Assembly (NCBI GenBank): GCA_050173015.1
Contig: JBFXLE010000003.1
Coordinates: 64,001-128,000 of the forward strand
Direction of reading: 5' to 3'
DNA from: Calditrichaceae bacterium
GTDB lineage: Bacteria; Calditrichota; Calditrichia; Calditrichales; JBFXGD01
DNA length: 64,000 nucleotides
Below, in pieces: positions 61,798 to 64,000 of the stretch. Positions within the stretch are counted from its first letter, which is position 1. Each line of letters begins with the position of its first letter. The position numbers were made by a program, and so were the translations under genes. The notes under the pieces were generated by a model. That model was given only the letters and a program-made list of their open reading frames with translations, was not told the DNA's origin and did not search any database.

Positions 61798-62283
61798 ATG
61801 AATTGCAAAATTGTACAATCAAAAATACCCGCATACACGGATAAAAATCTTTCTGATACCGTGTTAACCGAAATTGCAAAGCATTTAAATACTTGCGAAA
61901 AATGCGGCCGTGTATTCGCGGAATTCAAAATTCTTTGGAAAAAAACAGAACAACCGGATACAGTAATACCATCAAAAGGATTTTCTGATCGTGTCATTGA
62001 TAAAATTTATTCTCCGGAACACGAATCGGGATATGATTCCTTAAAGAATACGGGAATACGCTGGTTTTACCCGATTGCCGCCGCCGCTACTATTATCGCC
62101 GGTATATTCATCGGTTACAAACTGGGTAATATCCCCTCCCCTACCGGTCAGATTGATGAACGCTACATCGCTATCCAGAGCTTTGTGGATTCTCATTATC
62201 TTACAGATCTGAGTCTGATTCCCGTGAGCACATCGGGCGAGTATTCTTTAAAATCCGCAACTGAGCAAAAGGAAAAATTTTGA
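61798..62283 (+). CDS. Zinc-binding (ZAS) anti-sigma factor
   Basis: MNC...HLNTCEKC (HxxxCxxC), one TM; follows the ECF sigma gene. Confidence 0.85.
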   Translation: MNCKIVQSKIPAYTDKNLSDTVLTEIAKHLNTCEKCGRVFAEFKILWKKTEQPDTVIPSKGFSDRVIDKIYSPEHESGYDSLKNTGIRWFYPIAAAATIIAGIFIGYKLGNIPSPTGQIDERYIAIQSFVDSHYLTDLSLIPVSTSGEYSLKSATEQKEKF

Positions 62284-62771
62284 TGAAACGAAAATTAATT
62301 TTTTTCATTATACTTCTGCTGGTGATAGTGAACATATCCGCTTTGGCAACAATAACCTATAAACACTGGTATATCAGCAATCACCTGGAATCTCTCGGCA
62401 GGCCGGGTATACAGATGGAGATTTTAAGCAGGGAACTAAATCTCTCCGACTTACAGAAGGAACAGCTGCAGGATCAGATCAGTGTATTCGAAGCAGAAAC
62501 TCAGATTTTAATGGATTCATTACGCGCCGGCGGAATTAGTTTAATTGATGAAATTGCCTCAGCAGATCCGGACTCTGTAAAACTGGAGATGATGGCGAAT
62601 AAAATAAGTGACTATCAGATTCAAATAAAAAGAAAACTTATCGCGCATCTACTTAATGAAAAATCAATACTGACCCCGGAGCAGCAGCAGCAATTTTTTA
62701 ATATGTTTAAAGAAATTCAGCTGCGCAGGGGAATGATGAAGAGCGGCGGAAAATTGTACAGTGATCGTTGA
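62280..62771 (+). CDS. Spy/CpxP-like periplasmic (heavy-metal sensor type) protein
   Basis: N-terminal TM; LNLSDLQ and ILTPEQ (LTxxQ) motifs. Confidence 0.75.
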   Translation: MMKRKLIFFIILLLVIVNISALATITYKHWYISNHLESLGRPGIQMEILSRELNLSDLQKEQLQDQISVFEAETQILMDSLRAGGISLIDEIASADPDSVKLEMMANKISDYQIQIKRKLIAHLLNEKSILTPEQQQQFFNMFKEIQLRRGMMKSGGKLYSDR

Positions 62772-62854
62772 TTTAATTGTTTGGAAACGGGCATAAAATC
62801 GTAAATGTCCTCATATTGACAATCAATTATTTATATTTTTAGAGGGAGAATTTT

Positions 62855-63649
62855 TTGATGAGGAAATCGTATATACTGGCTCTGATGATAACATTGTTGA
62901 TGATGAACGGATGCGGTGACAAGAAGTATGAGAGTCGATGGGCAGACATTCCCGTCTCGGTTGACGGTGATAATTCGGATTGGAGCGAATCTTCTCTCAC
63001 CTATTTTGATAAAATGCAGTTGGTAATGGGAATAAGTAATGATGGGGAAAACCTCTACGTCATTTATAAATTCAACGATATAGCGCTTGCACGGCGTATC
63101 CAGATGCGTGGTGTTACTTTGTGGTTTGACGCGGATGGTAAGAAAAACAAGAATTTTGGCATCCAGTATTACGGAGACCCTTCTGTAAACCTGATGAATC
63201 CTGAACAAGCGGGGTTTTCCAATATATCCGAAGAACAGAGAGCCGAGTTCAAAACCATGCCGACGGATCTGTTAGGGATGGTAATTGTTAATGATAACAG
63301 CGAGAACATACCGCTTCCCACCAGCAATATGAATGGTATTTCGGCCATGGTAAGGCAGACAGACGGTATTTTTACCTATGAATTTAAAGTTCCGTTGGTA
63401 ACTTCGGAAGGCCGTCCTTACGCAATCAATGCCAAACCCGGTCAAAAAATCAGTTTCGGACTTGAGCTGGGGCAACCTGATATGAAAGAAATGCAGAGAA
63501 TGCGTTCGCAGATGGGCGGAATGGATCCCGGCACCGGCGGAATGCAGGGCAGAGGCCGGGCGGGTGGCGGTATGATGCCCGGGATGATGAATATTCAGAA
63601 GAAAGAGTTGTGGCTCTCACTAAATTTGGCGCTTAACACAGAGAAATAA
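62855..63649 (+). CDS. Hypothetical lipoprotein with a Gly/Met-rich C-terminal segment
   Basis: Lipobox-like MNGC; VDGDNSDW; MGGMDPGTGGMQGRGRAGGGMMPGMM. Confidence 0.7.
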   Translation: MMRKSYILALMITLLMMNGCGDKKYESRWADIPVSVDGDNSDWSESSLTYFDKMQLVMGISNDGENLYVIYKFNDIALARRIQMRGVTLWFDADGKKNKNFGIQYYGDPSVNLMNPEQAGFSNISEEQRAEFKTMPTDLLGMVIVNDNSENIPLPTSNMNGISAMVRQTDGIFTYEFKVPLVTSEGRPYAINAKPGQKISFGLELGQPDMKEMQRMRSQMGGMDPGTGGMQGRGRAGGGMMPGMMNIQKKELWLSLNLALNTEK

Positions 63650-63716
63650 AAATTTTAAACCCTTATGTTAGTTACCACATACTTTAATTTAAACTGATAT
63701 TGAAATGGAGTATTGA

Positions 63717-64000
63717 ATGCGAAGTACAAGCGGAATCTTGACATTAGTTGTACTGCTCTTCCTGAGTTCAGTTCACGGTGCCAGGGCACAGGGCGATTCG
63801 GAAGAGGCATTGTCACTGGATGAATGTATCCGGGTGGCCGTTGAAAACAATCCGGCTCTGAAGGCCGGCGGGCAGGAAGTTAAAAAGATGAATTACCGGG
63901 TGACTGAATCACGCGCGGGATTCTACCCTGCTCTCAGTATGCAAAGCAATTACAGACAATATACCGTTGCGGGAAATGACCGGGAGTTCGAAGATTTCGG
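63717..64000 (+). CDS. TolC-family outer-membrane protein, 5' part (runs off the window)
   Basis: Not in the ORF track; ATG 63717 with GGAG SD translates to MRSTSGILTLVVLLFLSSVHGARAQ...LSLDECIRVAVENNPAL...AGFYPALS. Confidence 0.75.
   Translation, partial: MRSTSGILTLVVLLFLSSVHGARAQGDSEEALSLDECIRVAVENNPALKAGGQEVKKMNYRVTESRAGFYPALSMQSNYRQYTVAGNDREFEDF

Noticed and set aside
63667-63686. GTTAGT half-site resembling the TetR operator
   Set aside because: Right arm (ACTTTA) is a poor match; likely chance

Overview
A 64-kb bacterial chromosomal window from a Gram-negative organism (outer-membrane proteins, TolC, Mla). Bases 1-43.2 kb are all on the minus strand and 43.7-64 kb all on the plus strand. 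I found no rRNA, tRNA, CRISPR array or mobile element. Left arm: (1) a sigma54-type respiratory operon: diheme cytochrome c, narGHJI, narK, then alternative complex III actABC running off the left edge, with an adjacent kinase/NtrC-type pair; (2) an MMPL + LolA-like + outer-membrane protein trio; (3) an unexplained module of heme O synthase, an FGE/NirV-like periplasmic protein and a 12-TM His-rich protein whose His spacing resembles heme-copper oxidase subunit I; (4) PAP2/PHP/Mla/OMP lipid genes and an RND pump. Four TetR genes and five copies of a 20-bp palindrome lie across 22.7-43.3 kb. Right arm: an MFS transporter, then a putative osmoadaptation locus (SLC12-like cation-chloride cotransporter fused to a P-loop/winged-helix module, MscS, ATP-grasp protein, kinase and sigma54 activator, then a sigma54 operon with two Ddl-like ATP-grasp ligases, GNAT, lysine 2,3-aminomutase and a GNAT-deacetylase fusion), and finally an ECF sigma/anti-sigma/Spy-like/lipoprotein/TolC cluster. 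The best candidates for undescribed systems are the heme O synthase/HCO-fold module (23.9-29 kb) and the beta-lysine peptide/CCC locus (45.3-61 kb). All calls come from motif recognition by eye; no database searches were run.
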